Origin: an uncultured virus (IMG/VR IMGVR_UViG_3300038461_000154)
Lineage: Duplodnaviria > Heunggongvirae > Uroviricota > Caudoviricetes
IMG/VR virus record: IMGVR_UViG_3300038461_000154
DNA: 64,000 nucleotides
Strand: one strand, 5' to 3'
Part shown: in pieces, positions 9,383-18,951 of the stretch
Position numbering within the stretch: position 1 is the first letter of the stretch
Layout of the letters: each line of letters opens with the position of its first letter
Position numbers and translations under genes: made by a program
The notes under the pieces: generated by a model
The model's input: the letters and a program-made list of their open reading frames with translations, nothing else
Database searches by the model: none
What the model was told of the DNA's origin: nothing

Positions 9383-9642
9383 CTTTCAATACCTTCACTA
9401 TTCATTACATGCTCTAAAAAGTAAGGACATTTCTCCGCTAATAATACCCCCGTCTCTTTCTTCAATAAAATGTGCTCCCTTATTCCTACACAATCTAATA
9501 TCCCATATTCTTCCCATTCCATCACAAATTCATTATAGAATTCATCCCACGTCTGTTCTTTACAACTATTCTCAGTTACTATTATCTTCGGTAACTTATA
9601 TTTCCCTATACAAAGCCAACATATCTCCCTGTTTAATTTCAT
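9379..9642 (-). CDS. CPYLE family Cys-rich protein
   Basis: Family motifs. Confidence 0.85.
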   Translation of the reverse strand: MKLNREICWLCIGKYKLPKIIVTENSCKEQTWDEFYNEFVMEWEEYGILDCVGIREHILLKKETGVLLAEKCPYFLEHVMNSEGIER

Positions 9643-9820
9643 CTTTCTTACCTCTTGGATTTTAGCCATTCCCTTATATTCCAAATTCTCCGTTTACTTA
9701 ATAAAATCATTTCACCTTCTTTCCACGTCTTCGGTAATACGCCTTGTACTTCAAGCTTATACCTGTCAATTTCATTCTCTCGCATTATTCGCATCATACT
9801 CTCATAACTCTTAGTCCAAC

Positions 9821-10075
9821 TCATTTTTCTAAGCTCTCAGAAATCATCAAGTGCTCTAAAAAATACGGGCACTTCTCTGCCAGTATTCTATCACGGTTTT
9901 CTCTATATTCACGCTCATATATCCCCGAAAACATCTTTTCTAAATCACACCAATTATGCTCTGTTCCCCACCACCACTTAAATTCTTCCCGATAGCTCAT
10001 CCAAATATCATCTAGCTTCATCCATTGTTGTCTCCCTTTACGACATTTATCACAAATTGATTTATTCGGTTGCAT
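9821..10075 (-). CDS. CPYLE family Cys-rich protein
   Basis: Family motifs. Confidence 0.85.
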   Translation of the reverse strand: MQPNKSICDKCRKGRQQWMKLDDIWMSYREEFKWWWGTEHNWCDLEKMFSGIYEREYRENRDRILAEKCPYFLEHLMISESLEK

Positions 10076-10131
10076 CTAAAAAGAACTCCTCTCAGAAATC
10101 ATTATACAATTCAATAGCTTATAAATCAGAC

Positions 10132-10224
10132 TTATAGGTCAGATTAACAACTGCTTATACCTTTCATAATTCAAACTACCCACAAAATCATTTATAGGTC
10201 AGAGTAATAACTACTTGTACCTTT
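10132..10224. repeat. 33-bp imperfect direct repeat x2 (period 60)
   Basis: ttataggtcagattaacaactgcttataccttt vs ttataggtcagagtaataactacttgtaccttt. Confidence 0.75.
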
Positions 10225-10584
10225 GGCAATCGCGTATAGGATGGATATGATTTATAGCTCGTATGGGAGTAAAGAACCTATAAGAAGCTAATTTGATTGT
10301 AAAAACCCAAAAGTTTTTTTGAGACTTATAAGAAAATTTTACGACATTTGCGGGCCTTTTTACTATTGAGATATTGAGATATGGCCTATTTTCACTATTA
10401 AGGCACTTAGCTTTCACTATATAGAGTCTTCCCATCCATCCCTGTAATTTGTCATAACGACTTGTTCGATTTTACTAAATGTAACAGTTTAGGTTTATCT
10501 CCTTACACATCAACGGGTTAAGCTTGCAATTTTGAAAGATTTTACTAAAGATGATACAAGGGTACAAATTTTGATAATATAGTA

Positions 10585-10797
10585 TTAGGGTACACGTTGA
10601 TTCCATTCTGTATAGCATTGGGATTTAGAGCCAAAAGCGGTTTTATAAGCGCAGCAGAGTGGACAGCGGATGAGCCATTTTTGAGGGGGTTTATCTGGTG
10701 ATTTGGATTTAGAAGTGGTGATAGTAACAGGGAGTTGTTTAAGGATTTGGATATCATCGTTACCACAGAAGGGGCAGGATTTAAGTTTACTTCTCAT
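10585..10797 (-). CDS. Lar-like restriction alleviation Zn-ribbon protein
   Basis: LKSCPFCG...IRCPLC...WNQR pattern. Confidence 0.7.
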   Translation of the reverse strand: MRSKLKSCPFCGNDDIQILKQLPVTITTSKSKSPDKPPQKWLIRCPLCCAYKTAFGSKSQCYTEWNQRVP

Positions 10798-11171
10798 GGT
10801 GCAGTAGTTCCTTTTTGTGGCATATCTGGTTGCGATTTAGGTGTGAAGTCAACGGGGATAATTTTAGCGGCATGTTCTGAGGCGGGGAAAGCGAGCCATT
10901 TATTACGGAGCAATTCATTAACGGGGCTGGCGGTATTTACTATTTCTACATAGATAGCATAAAGCGGATTATCATTTTTCAAGTCTCTGATAGCTTCATA
11001 GGCTATTTTAAGTAATTCACGGAAAGCGTCGTGAGATTCTTTTATTTTTTTATCTAGGAGGGCGATTCTAAAGAGAGCGAAAGCTTGAGCGATTGCGGGG
11101 TGTTGGCATGTAGGTGTGAGTGTGAAGAGAGCAATTACATCGGACGGGGTTAAGGCGCTTGGTTTTTCCAT
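10794..11171 (-). CDS. hypothetical protein
   Basis: ORF behind sigma70-type promoter. Confidence 0.7.
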   Translation of the reverse strand: MEKPSALTPSDVIALFTLTPTCQHPAIAQAFALFRIALLDKKIKESHDAFRELLKIAYEAIRDLKNDNPLYAIYVEIVNTASPVNELLRNKWLAFPASEHAAKIIPVDFTPKSQPDMPQKGTTAP

Positions 11172-11200
11172 TTTGATTCATCGTTCCTTTCTGGTATTTG

Positions 11201-11228
11201 ATTATAGACGGTCTAGGGGAAAAGTCAA
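11201..11228 (-). promoter_or_regulatory. sigma70-type promoter
   Basis: TTGACT-N16-TATAAT. Confidence 0.65.
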
Positions 11229-11233
11229 TAAGA

Positions 11234-11301
11234 ATATCGTAACTGTTATGCGTGAAATGTAAGGTATGGTCTATACAAGGGGATATCGTAACTGTTGTGC
11301 G
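11234..11301. repeat. 19-bp direct repeat x2
   Basis: atatcgtaactgtt(a/g)tgcg at 11234 and 11283. Confidence 0.7.
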
Positions 11302-11547
11302 CTAATTTTGGGAGACAGTATGTTCTAAGAGGTAAGGGCAGAAATCAGGCGGGTAGGAATACTGTGGGTTGGATTTATGTTTAGGCAGATATTTAATCTT
11401 GGGGAAATATTGAGCGTAGAGGCTAGTGGGTTCTACTTTTCTTGAAGCGATATTCCATAAGAGAGGGTAACCGCACATAGGAGAATTGTTTTGTTGGCTT
11501 TGTTGATGATTCTTGTAGCATTTCTTACAGAGGGCTTTGATAAGCAT
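11302..11547 (-). CDS. CPYLE family Cys-rich protein
   Basis: Family motifs; similar to 11840. Confidence 0.85.
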   Translation of the reverse strand: MLIKALCKKCYKNHQQSQQNNSPMCGYPLLWNIASRKVEPTSLYAQYFPKIKYLPKHKSNPQYSYPPDFCPYLLEHTVSQN

Positions 11548-11604
11548 GGGATTATTTTCCTCTTCATCACAGCCATTAAATTATAGTAGTTTAGGCGTAG
11601 GAAG

Positions 11605-11835
11605 TCAAGGGTGATTATATTTTCTGATGGTGGCGAGCAAAGTGTCAACTGTGGATTTTTGATGAATCCAATTACAAGACTGGCAAGACCATATTTGTTT
11701 ATTCTTTTTGGTAGTGATGAAATATCCTTTTTGTGGATTAAGGCAAGGGTAGAAGGGGCAATAACAGAAAGTGCAATCTTGAAGGTTAGAGTGACAGGGG
11801 AAGTATTTACAAGCTTTATTGGCTCTACTAGGCAT
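11605..11835 (-). CDS. cysteine-rich small domain (zf-like) protein
   Basis: [28 protein letters not shown]. Confidence 0.8.
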   Translation of the reverse strand: MPSRANKACKYFPCHSNLQDCTFCYCPFYPCLNPQKGYFITTKKNKQIWSCQSCNWIHQKSTVDTLLATIRKYNHP

Positions 11836-11839
11836 AGTA

Positions 11840-12094
11840 TTATTTTCTCTTATGATTTATTGTATGTTCTAGCAAGTAAGGGCACCAAAGAGGGGGAATA
11901 GATGTTAATGGGTTAAAGCTGGCAAAATTAGGAAAATGTCTAGCGAAGAGGCTATCAGGCGCTATATTTTTCAAGTCATATTTTTCAGCAGAGATATCCC
12001 ATAAAAAAGGGACACCACAGACGACGGTGGAAGGAATTCGTTGAAGGCATTGATTATTCTTGTAGCATTTTTTGCAGAGAGGTTTGTTAAGCAT
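11840..12094 (-). CDS. CPYLE family Cys-rich protein
   Basis: Family motifs. Confidence 0.85.
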   Translation of the reverse strand: MLNKPLCKKCYKNNQCLQRIPSTVVCGVPFLWDISAEKYDLKNIAPDSLFARHFPNFASFNPLTSIPPLWCPYLLEHTINHKRK

Positions 12095-12359
12095 TGTTCA
12101 CCGTTTGCTCTAAAAGGTAGAGGCACTGTTCTGGTATTGCTGCCGATGTATTCAGGTTACCGCCTACCACAAAGAACACCTTTAGTTTGCTTTGTGTCCT
12201 TTTTGAAATGTACAGTTTTTGCATACAGACAGGACAGCAAATCAAATCCACTTTCCAACGCTCCTCAAACAAGCGTTCCGGGTTTATAATTTCAAGCTGG
12301 AGCGGGTTTGAAGTCGCTACGCTTGAGCAACATTTTCGACAAATCTCTTTGTTAAGCAT
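12087..12359 (-). CDS. CPYLE family Cys-rich protein
   Basis: Family motifs. Confidence 0.85.
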   Translation of the reverse strand: MLNKEICRKCCSSVATSNPLQLEIINPERLFEERWKVDLICCPVCMQKLYISKRTQSKLKVFFVVGGNLNTSAAIPEQCLYLLEQTVNNA

Positions 12360-12591
12360 TGACAGTATGCTCCAGAAGATACGGGCAATTTTCTGGAGTC
12401 TCATGAAAAGGATTGGTTTGGCTTTGAACGGGGCAAGGGCAATCAAGATAATTCCATTGAATGTTGAAACTTTGTTCGTTTGTAAGTCTTTTACCTTTGT
12501 ATATGGAATAGTCATCATCATCTTGCAGGCGGGCGGATTCACGTCTTTTGTAAGCCAGATAACAGTTAAGGCAGATAGATTTATTCAGCAT
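12352..12591 (-). CDS. CPYLE family Cys-rich protein
   Basis: Family motifs. Confidence 0.85.
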   Translation of the reverse strand: MLNKSICLNCYLAYKRRESARLQDDDDYSIYKGKRLTNEQSFNIQWNYLDCPCPVQSQTNPFHETPENCPYLLEHTVNA

Positions 12592-12601
12592 TGCTTGTCT
12601 C

Positions 12602-12817
12602 TTATTTTGTTTCGTTTAATACGTGTTCCAAAGCATACGGACACCATTCAGGGGGCGGGTCACTGATTTTGCATGTAGGAAACTCAAAGCTATTATGCAG
12701 AGCCAAAGGGCAGCTAATCAATTTGTTTTCTTCCCATTGGTTGTCAACAAGGACAGTCCATCTATTCCCCATGAAATATTGGACATGACATCGTTTGCAA
12801 AATTCTTTATTCAGCAT
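12602..12817 (-). CDS. CPYLE family Cys-rich protein
   Basis: Family motifs. Confidence 0.85.
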   Translation of the reverse strand: MLNKEFCKRCHVQYFMGNRWTVLVDNQWEENKLISCPLALHNSFEFPTCKISDPPPEWCPYALEHVLNETK

Positions 12818-13010
12818 TGACGTTTTTCCGTTCCGTCAAAGTCTGTTCTAAAAGGTAAGGACATTTTTCAGGCGGGTCATTAGTGATATAGATTGGCCAT
12901 ACGCGACAAATAGCAAAACCAAAAGTAGTCCAACGCAAATCAAATAATGCAAGAGTATCTGCGTGAAAATATTCCTTGTAGCATTTTTGGCAGATGGTTT
13001 TATTCAGCAT
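12807..13010 (-). CDS. CPYLE family Cys-rich protein
   Basis: Family motifs. Confidence 0.85.
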   Translation of the reverse strand: MLNKTICQKCYKEYFHADTLALFDLRWTTFGFAICRVWPIYITNDPPEKCPYLLEQTLTERKNVNAE

Positions 13011-13230
13011 TTATGGTCTGCTCTAAAATGTACAAGCATTTTTCTGGTGGTTTTGACTTAAGAGGCAGTCCATCAAACGTCAAGGTACAAGGACAGATAT
13101 TTTTCTCCCAAAATTGATTAAAGCGGTAAATATAGCGCGTCTTGTCGAATGGTTTTTCGATTTCAGATAAACCATCCGCAAAAAATTCGTTGCTTTTGTA
13201 GCACCTTAAACAAATGGCTTTGTTAAGCAT
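13000..13230 (-). CDS. CPYLE family Cys-rich protein
   Basis: Family motifs. Confidence 0.85.
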   Translation of the reverse strand: MLNKAICLRCYKSNEFFADGLSEIEKPFDKTRYIYRFNQFWEKNICPCTLTFDGLPLKSKPPEKCLYILEQTINAE

Positions 13231-13232
13231 GA

Positions 13233-13439
13233 CTAAAATCTCTTCTGGCTGGTTACCAACTGTTCTAGCCAATAAGGACATTCTTTCGGTGGTGGATTAC
13301 CGATACGAGTAGTGCCGAAAGGACAAGCAATAACATCAAGTTTCCATCCTGATTCAAAATAGGCAGGCAACACTATGGAAGTAATAACTTTCCTGTAATA
13401 TACGTTGTAGCATTTTCGGCAGACTTCTTTATTAAGCAT
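13233..13439 (-). CDS. CPYLE family Cys-rich protein
   Basis: Family motifs. Confidence 0.85.
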   Translation of the reverse strand: MLNKEVCRKCYNVYYRKVITSIVLPAYFESGWKLDVIACPFGTTRIGNPPPKECPYWLEQLVTSQKRF

Positions 13440-13677
13440 GACAAACATCCTCACAAACCAAATGCTCCATAGCATAGATACATGCGTGAGGCGGTTCATA
13501 TCCGATACTCACATGGAAAAGCATACCACCGAAACGGTCTACGCAAGGCGCATATTTTTCTTCTGCCCATCTCTTTTCAAAATTGTCAAAAGAAGTCCAT
13601 ACCTCATATTTGTAAGGCGGCTTATGGCTTTGATGCCATTGAATGCAGCACTTCCGGCAAATCTCTTTATTGAGCAT
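13432..13677 (-). CDS. CPYLE family Cys-rich protein
   Basis: Family motifs. Confidence 0.85.
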   Translation of the reverse strand: MLNKEICRKCCIQWHQSHKPPYKYEVWTSFDNFEKRWAEEKYAPCVDRFGGMLFHVSIGYEPPHACIYAMEHLVCEDVCHA

Positions 13678-13879
13678 GGACAATGTGCTCCAAAACATAC
13701 GGACAAATTTCAGGCGGTATTATAATTGAATCTTCACCAACAGGCAAGTGAATACATTTGAATTCGTTTTTATTCCAATGGTCTGACATAATGTGCCACC
13801 AAAGGCAGATATCATTCTCTTCGAAACCATTTTCATCAAGATAGCGATTAACGCAGTTTTCACATACTCGCCTATTCAT
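13667..13879 (-). CDS. CPYLE family Cys-rich protein
   Basis: Family motifs. Confidence 0.85.
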   Translation of the reverse strand: MNRRVCENCVNRYLDENGFEENDICLWWHIMSDHWNKNEFKCIHLPVGEDSIIIPPEICPYVLEHIVHAQ

Positions 13880-14093
13880 TGACAACGTGCTCCAAAATAT
13901 AAGGGCAATCTTTTGGCACTTCTCCTTTTGATGACCTACCAAACGGTGCTTTAGTTGGATTTGATGAACAAATAACAAGATTGCTGTCATCCCAATTCCT
14001 ATCAAAAAGCCATTTCAAATACTTAAAATATTCAGGGCTTTGATGCTTTTCTTTATCCATACAACACTTTTTGCAAATCTCCTTATTAAGCAT
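13872..14093 (-). CDS. CPYLE family Cys-rich protein
   Basis: Family motifs. Confidence 0.85.
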   Translation of the reverse strand: MLNKEICKKCCMDKEKHQSPEYFKYLKWLFDRNWDDSNLVICSSNPTKAPFGRSSKGEVPKDCPYILEHVVNE

Positions 14094-14346
14094 TGACTAG
14101 ATGCTCCATAAGATATGGGCAATCCGCTGGTGCTTCATCCGTAGTGTTCTGCATACGAATGTTATCCAAGCACGTCAGAGTACACCAAATTCTACCGTTA
14201 TTCCAACCCTTGTTGAAGTTTTTTCCGTACTCTGAATATTGAAAGGTGTTTTGTAGCCGTGTAGGAAAGTCTGCATAGGTTTTATCCCATTGCTGCTTAG
14301 AACACTTGAAACAAACGTCATGGCTCACTGGCGTCTTAATTAGCAT
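14086..14346 (-). CDS. CPYLE family Cys-rich protein
   Basis: Family motifs. Confidence 0.85.
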   Translation of the reverse strand: MLIKTPVSHDVCFKCSKQQWDKTYADFPTRLQNTFQYSEYGKNFNKGWNNGRIWCTLTCLDNIRMQNTTDEAPADCPYLMEHLVNA

Positions 14347-14557
14347 AATAGTGGACTTCCTCTTGCATTACCATTTGTTCTAAGGCGTAAGGGCATTCAG
14401 GAGGCGGGTCAAGTTCAGGCTGTGTGACAACCAAACCACGACTATAGACACCACAGAAAAGCAATCGTCTGCTCCAATCAAGGTCAAATACCCCGCTCTT
14501 TCTCAAAGTCTTACTGCGATTTTGATAGCACTTGTAGCACACCTGTTTGTTCAGCAT
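14336..14557 (-). CDS. CPYLE family Cys-rich protein
   Basis: Family motifs. Confidence 0.85.
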   Translation of the reverse strand: MLNKQVCYKCYQNRSKTLRKSGVFDLDWSRRLLFCGVYSRGLVVTQPELDPPPECPYALEQMVMQEEVHYYAN

Positions 14558-14739
14558 TTAAGCGGTCCATCCTTTTCCCACTCCAATTTGTCTTTAATCA
14601 TCCGGCGCATTCTACCAGCAAGCCGTTTATTTGATTGTTCTACCACCGGCAAAGCTTCGGCAATCATGTCTTCAAGGCGAAGAGTTAGTTTCGCAAGTTC
14701 CCAAATACGTCTTTGTTCGGGAGTGAGTTTTGTTTTCAT
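14551..14739 (-). CDS. non-family helical protein embedded in array
   Basis: Coupled overlaps on both sides. Confidence 0.7.
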   Translation of the reverse strand: MKTKLTPEQRRIWELAKLTLRLEDMIAEALPVVEQSNKRLAGRMRRMIKDKLEWEKDGPLKC

Positions 14740-14999
14740 ACTTCGTCTCCATTCAACAAGTGTTCTAGCTCATAAGAACAAAAATCAGGCAGGCTTCCTC
14801 TATTACTTATTACATCATACACATCGTCAGAAGCTCTTTTCAAACAAGGCGCGAGTCCTTTAATCCATTGCCTCTCAAATTCATTTATATGCACCCACGG
14901 TCTGTAATGATGATACGGATTCGTTGCCTCTTGATAAGGCCAGCAGTGTGCCTTGTGCCATTTGACTAGACATTGATAGCATACCTCTTTGTTTAACAT
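14736..14999 (-). CDS. CPYLE family Cys-rich protein
   Basis: Family motifs. Confidence 0.85.
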   Translation of the reverse strand: MLNKEVCYQCLVKWHKAHCWPYQEATNPYHHYRPWVHINEFERQWIKGLAPCLKRASDDVYDVISNRGSLPDFCSYELEHLLNGDEV

Positions 15000-15484
15000 A
15001 ACAGCTTTACCAACTTTCTTACAGCATCGCAAAACTTGTAGAAATCATCAAAGTCTGATTTGAAAGAATTAGGACGCACTTTCAGTGTTTCAAAGTACGG
15101 GCCTACAAAAAAGAGAAGCGTGAACAATACCGCAAGCATAACGGCCATAGTAATGACTTCTGTGTGTCTGTGCCAAAAGTACCTAGCTCGTATTTTGAAT
15201 CTGCCATAGCCCACAGGTTCCGTAATGGTATGTTCCAAAAGGTACGGACAATCAGTTGGCGGCTTTTCAAGAATGAATTTATAGGCGTGCTTGAATGTGC
15301 CCAAATGACAAAGGCAATTGTACTTTTTCCAATGTTCTTCAAAGTAGGCATCGGGAAGCTTCTTTTCAAATTCAAGCTGTATACCGTTGTGATAAACGGC
15401 AATTGGTCTAAGAGTATTCGGGTATTTGCAATCCGATGTCCAGTATTTCTTGAAGCATCGGTGACAGAGTTTCTTATTTAGCAT
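14993..15484 (-). CDS. CPYLE family protein with C-terminal transmembrane segment
   Basis: Family motifs plus VITMAVMLAVLFTLLFFVG. Confidence 0.85.
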   Translation of the reverse strand: MLNKKLCHRCFKKYWTSDCKYPNTLRPIAVYHNGIQLEFEKKLPDAYFEEHWKKYNCLCHLGTFKHAYKFILEKPPTDCPYLLEHTITEPVGYGRFKIRARYFWHRHTEVITMAVMLAVLFTLLFFVGPYFETLKVRPNSFKSDFDDFYKFCDAVRKLVKLLC

Positions 15485-15719
15485 GTGAATGCTCCTCTTG
15501 ATTCACAAGCTGTTCTACGGCGTAAGGACAATTCTCTGGAATACCCCATGGTGGAAAAAATTGGTCGAAAAACCGGCAGAGACAAAAAGTATTCGTACCC
15601 CAATTGTTCTCAAAAAACTCTCGTTCTTTTTCAAGCGTGGGCACATAGCCATTGCCTTTAGGGCATCTCTTTCTGTACTCAACATAGCACTTAAAGCACA
15701 CTTCTTTGTTTAGGTACAT
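15474..15719 (-). CDS. CPYLE family Cys-rich protein
   Basis: Family motifs. Confidence 0.85.
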   Translation of the reverse strand: MYLNKEVCFKCYVEYRKRCPKGNGYVPTLEKEREFFENNWGTNTFCLCRFFDQFFPPWGIPENCPYAVEQLVNQEEHSHAK

Positions 15720-15720
15720 T

Positions 15721-16053
15721 TTAGTATCCGCAGTAATGAGCCACTACCGGGAATGTGACAACGAATACCATATACCAACCAATCATAAAAAACAAAAGAT
15801 GAACGTTAGATTTCTGTTCATCTTTGGTACGCATGTAAAAATGACCGAAACGCGGGCCGATAGCGAGCAAGCCTATAAAAGCCAAAAACATCAAATTCAT
15901 GTGAACGAATTGGACTTGACCATACCAATAATCAGGGTTTTGAGGCCAAATGAAATCGGGAAGGTGACGCATGAAATTGAAACGGCCTACTGCAAACAGA
16001 ATAAAAAGCATGATAGCAATAAGGCCAAAGTAAATGCCAACAATGGTTTTCAT
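15721..16053 (-). CDS. three-TM membrane protein embedded in array
   Basis: Three hydrophobic segments. Confidence 0.75.
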   Translation of the reverse strand: MKTIVGIYFGLIAIMLFILFAVGRFNFMRHLPDFIWPQNPDYWYGQVQFVHMNLMFLAFIGLLAIGPRFGHFYMRTKDEQKSNVHLLFFMIGWYMVFVVTFPVVAHYCGY

Positions 16054-16277
16054 ACAAGTTTTCCTTCCTGAGTGGCTAACATCTGTTCAAGGATGTAGAC
16101 ACAATTTTTATGAGGGATATCTGTGATTTTCTTGTCATATATGTCTTTGACCCAATAAGGACAATAGCAAATGCCTTTTTTATCCCATGCTTTGTCAAAC
16201 CATTTTCTACCAGCATTCGGGTTAGGATATACAACAACTTCTAAATAGCATTTGCAACAAATTTCTTTATTAAGCAT
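16050..16277 (-). CDS. CPYLE family Cys-rich protein
   Basis: Family motifs. Confidence 0.85.
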   Translation of the reverse strand: MLNKEICCKCYLEVVVYPNPNAGRKWFDKAWDKKGICYCPYWVKDIYDKKITDIPHKNCVYILEQMLATQEGKLV

Positions 16278-16278
16278 A

Positions 16279-16503
16279 TTACAATTCGCCCTTTTGATTT
16301 GCCAATATCTGTTCAAGAATGTAAGGGCAATTATCATGTGGTGACGCTCTGGTAATGTGCATATCGTTCAAGCCGCCAACAAAATGCGGACAGTAGCACA
16401 CCTGTCTTTTCCATGCTTCCTCAAACCAAATATGAGCCATGTGTTTGTTATGGCGTTTGTCGGCTGTGATATAACACTGCTTACACACGGCTTTGGCAAG
16501 CAT
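16279..16503 (-). CDS. CPYLE family Cys-rich protein
   Basis: Family motifs; promoter motif at 16532. Confidence 0.85.
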   Translation of the reverse strand: MLAKAVCKQCYITADKRHNKHMAHIWFEEAWKRQVCYCPHFVGGLNDMHITRASPHDNCPYILEQILANQKGEL

Positions 16504-16566
16504 GTGATAATTCCCCTTCTCTCTTTGGAGTATATCGTAAAAGACGAGCGGATTTTGAAATGTAAA

Positions 16567-16842
16567 TCAAATTTGTGGCGATTGTGTGCTTATAGCTTGT
16601 TCTAGCAAATAATAGCAATCGTTTGGCGGTGGTTCATAAATAGACGTGAAACCAAAATGAAGTGCATCATTCATAAGAGGACAAGCGCACAATTCCTTCA
16701 AATCCCAAGCCTCATTAAAATACAGAGTGTGGAATTCCTCTTCGCCAACTTTCACCGGCTCTTTGACGTGATGAGCATAAGCGTTGACTATTCCCATATG
16801 GTGTTTTACATAACAGCGAAGACAAAGTTCCTTATTGAGCAT
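16567..16842 (-). CDS. CPYLE family Cys-rich protein
   Basis: Family motifs. Confidence 0.85.
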   Translation of the reverse strand: MLNKELCLRCYVKHHMGIVNAYAHHVKEPVKVGEEEFHTLYFNEAWDLKELCACPLMNDALHFGFTSIYEPPPNDCYYLLEQAISTQSPQI

Positions 16843-17026
16843 TGACGCTATGCTCCAAAACATAGAAACACTTTTTCAAGCACGGCACATCAACTTTTTC
16901 CATTCTATCCCCCTTCACGCAATGAGGGCAGTAAACATAATTTCTATTCCACAAAAGTTCTTCAAACATTGTCCATTCCCAACGTTGTTTTTGATAGCAG
17001 CATTGACAGATTGCTTTAGTGAGCAT
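16832..17026 (-). CDS. CPYLE family Cys-rich protein
   Basis: Family motifs. Confidence 0.85.
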   Translation of the reverse strand: MLTKAICQCCYQKQRWEWTMFEELLWNRNYVYCPHCVKGDRMEKVDVPCLKKCFYVLEHSVNAQ

Positions 17027-17237
17027 TGACACTATGTTCCAAAATAAAAGGGCAATCTTTAGGCGGGTCTTTGTCAGTATCAGCTATACGAAAGTTTGAA
17101 TGACTTGTAATTTTGCCGTGTTTACAAATGCAACATCCGTCATTCCAATACAGCAAAAACATGGATTGCGTTATGGGAGAATGCCATTCAAGCGGGTCAA
17201 CTCTGAAACAATGAAGACAGATTGCTTTAATTAGCAT
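17016..17237 (-). CDS. CPYLE family Cys-rich protein
   Basis: Family motifs. Confidence 0.85.
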   Translation of the reverse strand: MLIKAICLHCFRVDPLEWHSPITQSMFLLYWNDGCCICKHGKITSHSNFRIADTDKDPPKDCPFILEHSVNAH

Positions 17238-17463
17238 TTACAAGGTGCTCCAAAACGTAATGGCAATGTTTGGGCGGTGGTTCTGTAATTTTGCTCCTAC
17301 CAAAAGGCAAGACACAGCAAATAGCTTCACCTTTTTCCCACGCGCTTTCAAACCACTTGTCAAAACACTCTTTAACAACAGGAGAATTATCAATACCTGC
17401 TTGAACATCTGCCTGACGATGAGTGCTGGTGAAACATTCGTAGCAGACAGCTTTACTAAGCAT
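17227..17463 (-). CDS. CPYLE family Cys-rich protein
   Basis: Family motifs. Confidence 0.85.
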   Translation of the reverse strand: MLSKAVCYECFTSTHRQADVQAGIDNSPVVKECFDKWFESAWEKGEAICCVLPFGRSKITEPPPKHCHYVLEHLVNAN

Positions 17464-17486
17464 CGTAATAACTTCCTCAAATGGCA

Positions 17487-17804
17487 TTATACAAGAGGAA
17501 TGCCTTTATTGACAATATGTTCAAGGAAATATGGACAGTTCTCTTGTGGTGGTTTGTAGTTGTAAACCAAACTACCATGCTCACGAATCAAACAGCAGCA
17601 AATGAAGTATCCGTATGTCCATTCAGCTTCAAAATCATAAGGGCATGGCTTAGTATCACCACACCAAGGCTGTAAAGTGTTTTTCACATAACAATGCCAA
17701 CAAACTTCTTTATTGAGTTTTGGTTTATGTTCCCGGCAGTCTTTTCGCAAGACTCGCTTATGTGAGTCAAAGTAGCATCTAAAACAAAACTTTTTACCTA
17801 GCAT
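17487..17804 (-). CDS. CPYLE family protein with doubled N-terminal CxxC
   Basis: MLGKKFCFRC then LNKEVCWHC. Confidence 0.85.
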   Translation of the reverse strand: MLGKKFCFRCYFDSHKRVLRKDCREHKPKLNKEVCWHCYVKNTLQPWCGDTKPCPYDFEAEWTYGYFICCCLIREHGSLVYNYKPPQENCPYFLEHIVNKGIPLV

Positions 17805-17994
17805 GTTCTTCCGCCAAAATGTGTTCTAAAGTGTACGGACATTGATATGATGGTTCGCCGTCAATCCATCTCCATTTTGCCCACTCAAGCACATAGCAAT
17901 AAACCTGCCTTTTACCCCAAAGGTTTTCATCATACTGAGTCCAACCTATGCCCGTATGTATTCTACAGGCTCTACAAATTTCTTTACTTAGCAT
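17794..17994 (-). CDS. CPYLE family Cys-rich protein
   Basis: Family motifs. Confidence 0.85.
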   Translation of the reverse strand: MLSKEICRACRIHTGIGWTQYDENLWGKRQVYCYVLEWAKWRWIDGEPSYQCPYTLEHILAEEHAR

Positions 17995-18193
17995 TGACTA
18001 TATGCTCCAATTCATAAAGACAATAATATTCTGGTTTTTCGTCTATGCAGCGCCAAAAGCCAAGAAAAACGTCATTATCACGAACTGGTGGGCAGTAGAC
18101 TTCTTTATCACGCTTCCATCTTATTTTGTCAATGCGACACCAACCAATGCCGTGTATTTCGTGACACTTCTTACAAACTCTTTTACTTAGCAT
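17984..18193 (-). CDS. CPYLE family Cys-rich protein
   Basis: Family motifs. Confidence 0.85.
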   Translation of the reverse strand: MLSKRVCKKCHEIHGIGWCRIDKIRWKRDKEVYCPPVRDNDVFLGFWRCIDEKPEYYCLYELEHIVNAK

Positions 18194-18383
18194 TGACTAC
18201 GTGCTCCAATTCGTAAGGACAACTTTGTTGGAGTCTACCGCGCCGATTATACCAACTCCAATTGTTCTTTGAAACTTCTGACGGGCAGAACACATAATTA
18301 TTATGCCACGCTTCTTCATCAACATAATCCCACACACTTTTGTTTGTACGATGACACTTTTTACAGACCGTTTTACTCAACAT
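18183..18383 (-). CDS. CPYLE family Cys-rich protein
   Basis: Family motifs. Confidence 0.85.
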   Translation of the reverse strand: MLSKTVCKKCHRTNKSVWDYVDEEAWHNNYVFCPSEVSKNNWSWYNRRGRLQQSCPYELEHVVNAK

Positions 18384-18720
18384 TTGTGCTCACCAAATGC
18401 TCTAGGGTGTAAGGGCAATTCAAGTGCGGTTCCTTTTCAATCCAACGCAAACCGTTTATGTCATGGGGGTGTTTTTTAGCAGTACAAAACACCACTCTGC
18501 CATAGTTCCAAGAAGTTTCAATGGGTTTATCCCAAACCCAATTATTGACCTTGTAACACTTCTTACAAACTGCCTTGCTTAGCTTTGGCCTCATATAGTC
18601 GTATGTTTTATCCATCAGCGTCTTTTTTAACACTTGATGTAGCTCCGCAACTTTTTGAGCCGTCTGATAAAGCGATTCACAGGGCAATTGCGCTGTCTTG
18701 CCCTCATCATATATGCCCAT
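18373..18720 (-). CDS. CPYLE family protein with N-terminal extension
   Basis: Family module after about 45 extra residues. Confidence 0.8.
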   Translation of the reverse strand: MGIYDEGKTAQLPCESLYQTAQKVAELHQVLKKTLMDKTYDYMRPKLSKAVCKKCYKVNNWVWDKPIETSWNYGRVVFCTAKKHPHDINGLRWIEKEPHLNCPYTLEHLVSTNVE

Positions 18721-18726
18721 TCTCGT

Positions 18727-18951
18727 CTACTTTTGTTCATCATTTTTCTCATTCACCACGTGCTCCAAATAAAAAGGGCAGTGCTCTGTAGGTTCACCCG
18801 TTCGATTATACCAGCCTCTCACGCGGCTTATCGCATCTTTTAGATACATACAATATACAACGTTACCATTATCCCATTGGTCTTCATCATAAGTATCCCA
18901 AAGAAAATTCTTTGTTTCATGACACCGTTTGCAAATATGTTTATTTAGCAT
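18727..18951 (-). CDS. CPYLE family Cys-rich protein
   Basis: Family motifs. Confidence 0.85.
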   Translation of the reverse strand: MLNKHICKRCHETKNFLWDTYDEDQWDNGNVVYCMYLKDAISRVRGWYNRTGEPTEHCPFYLEHVVNEKNDEQK

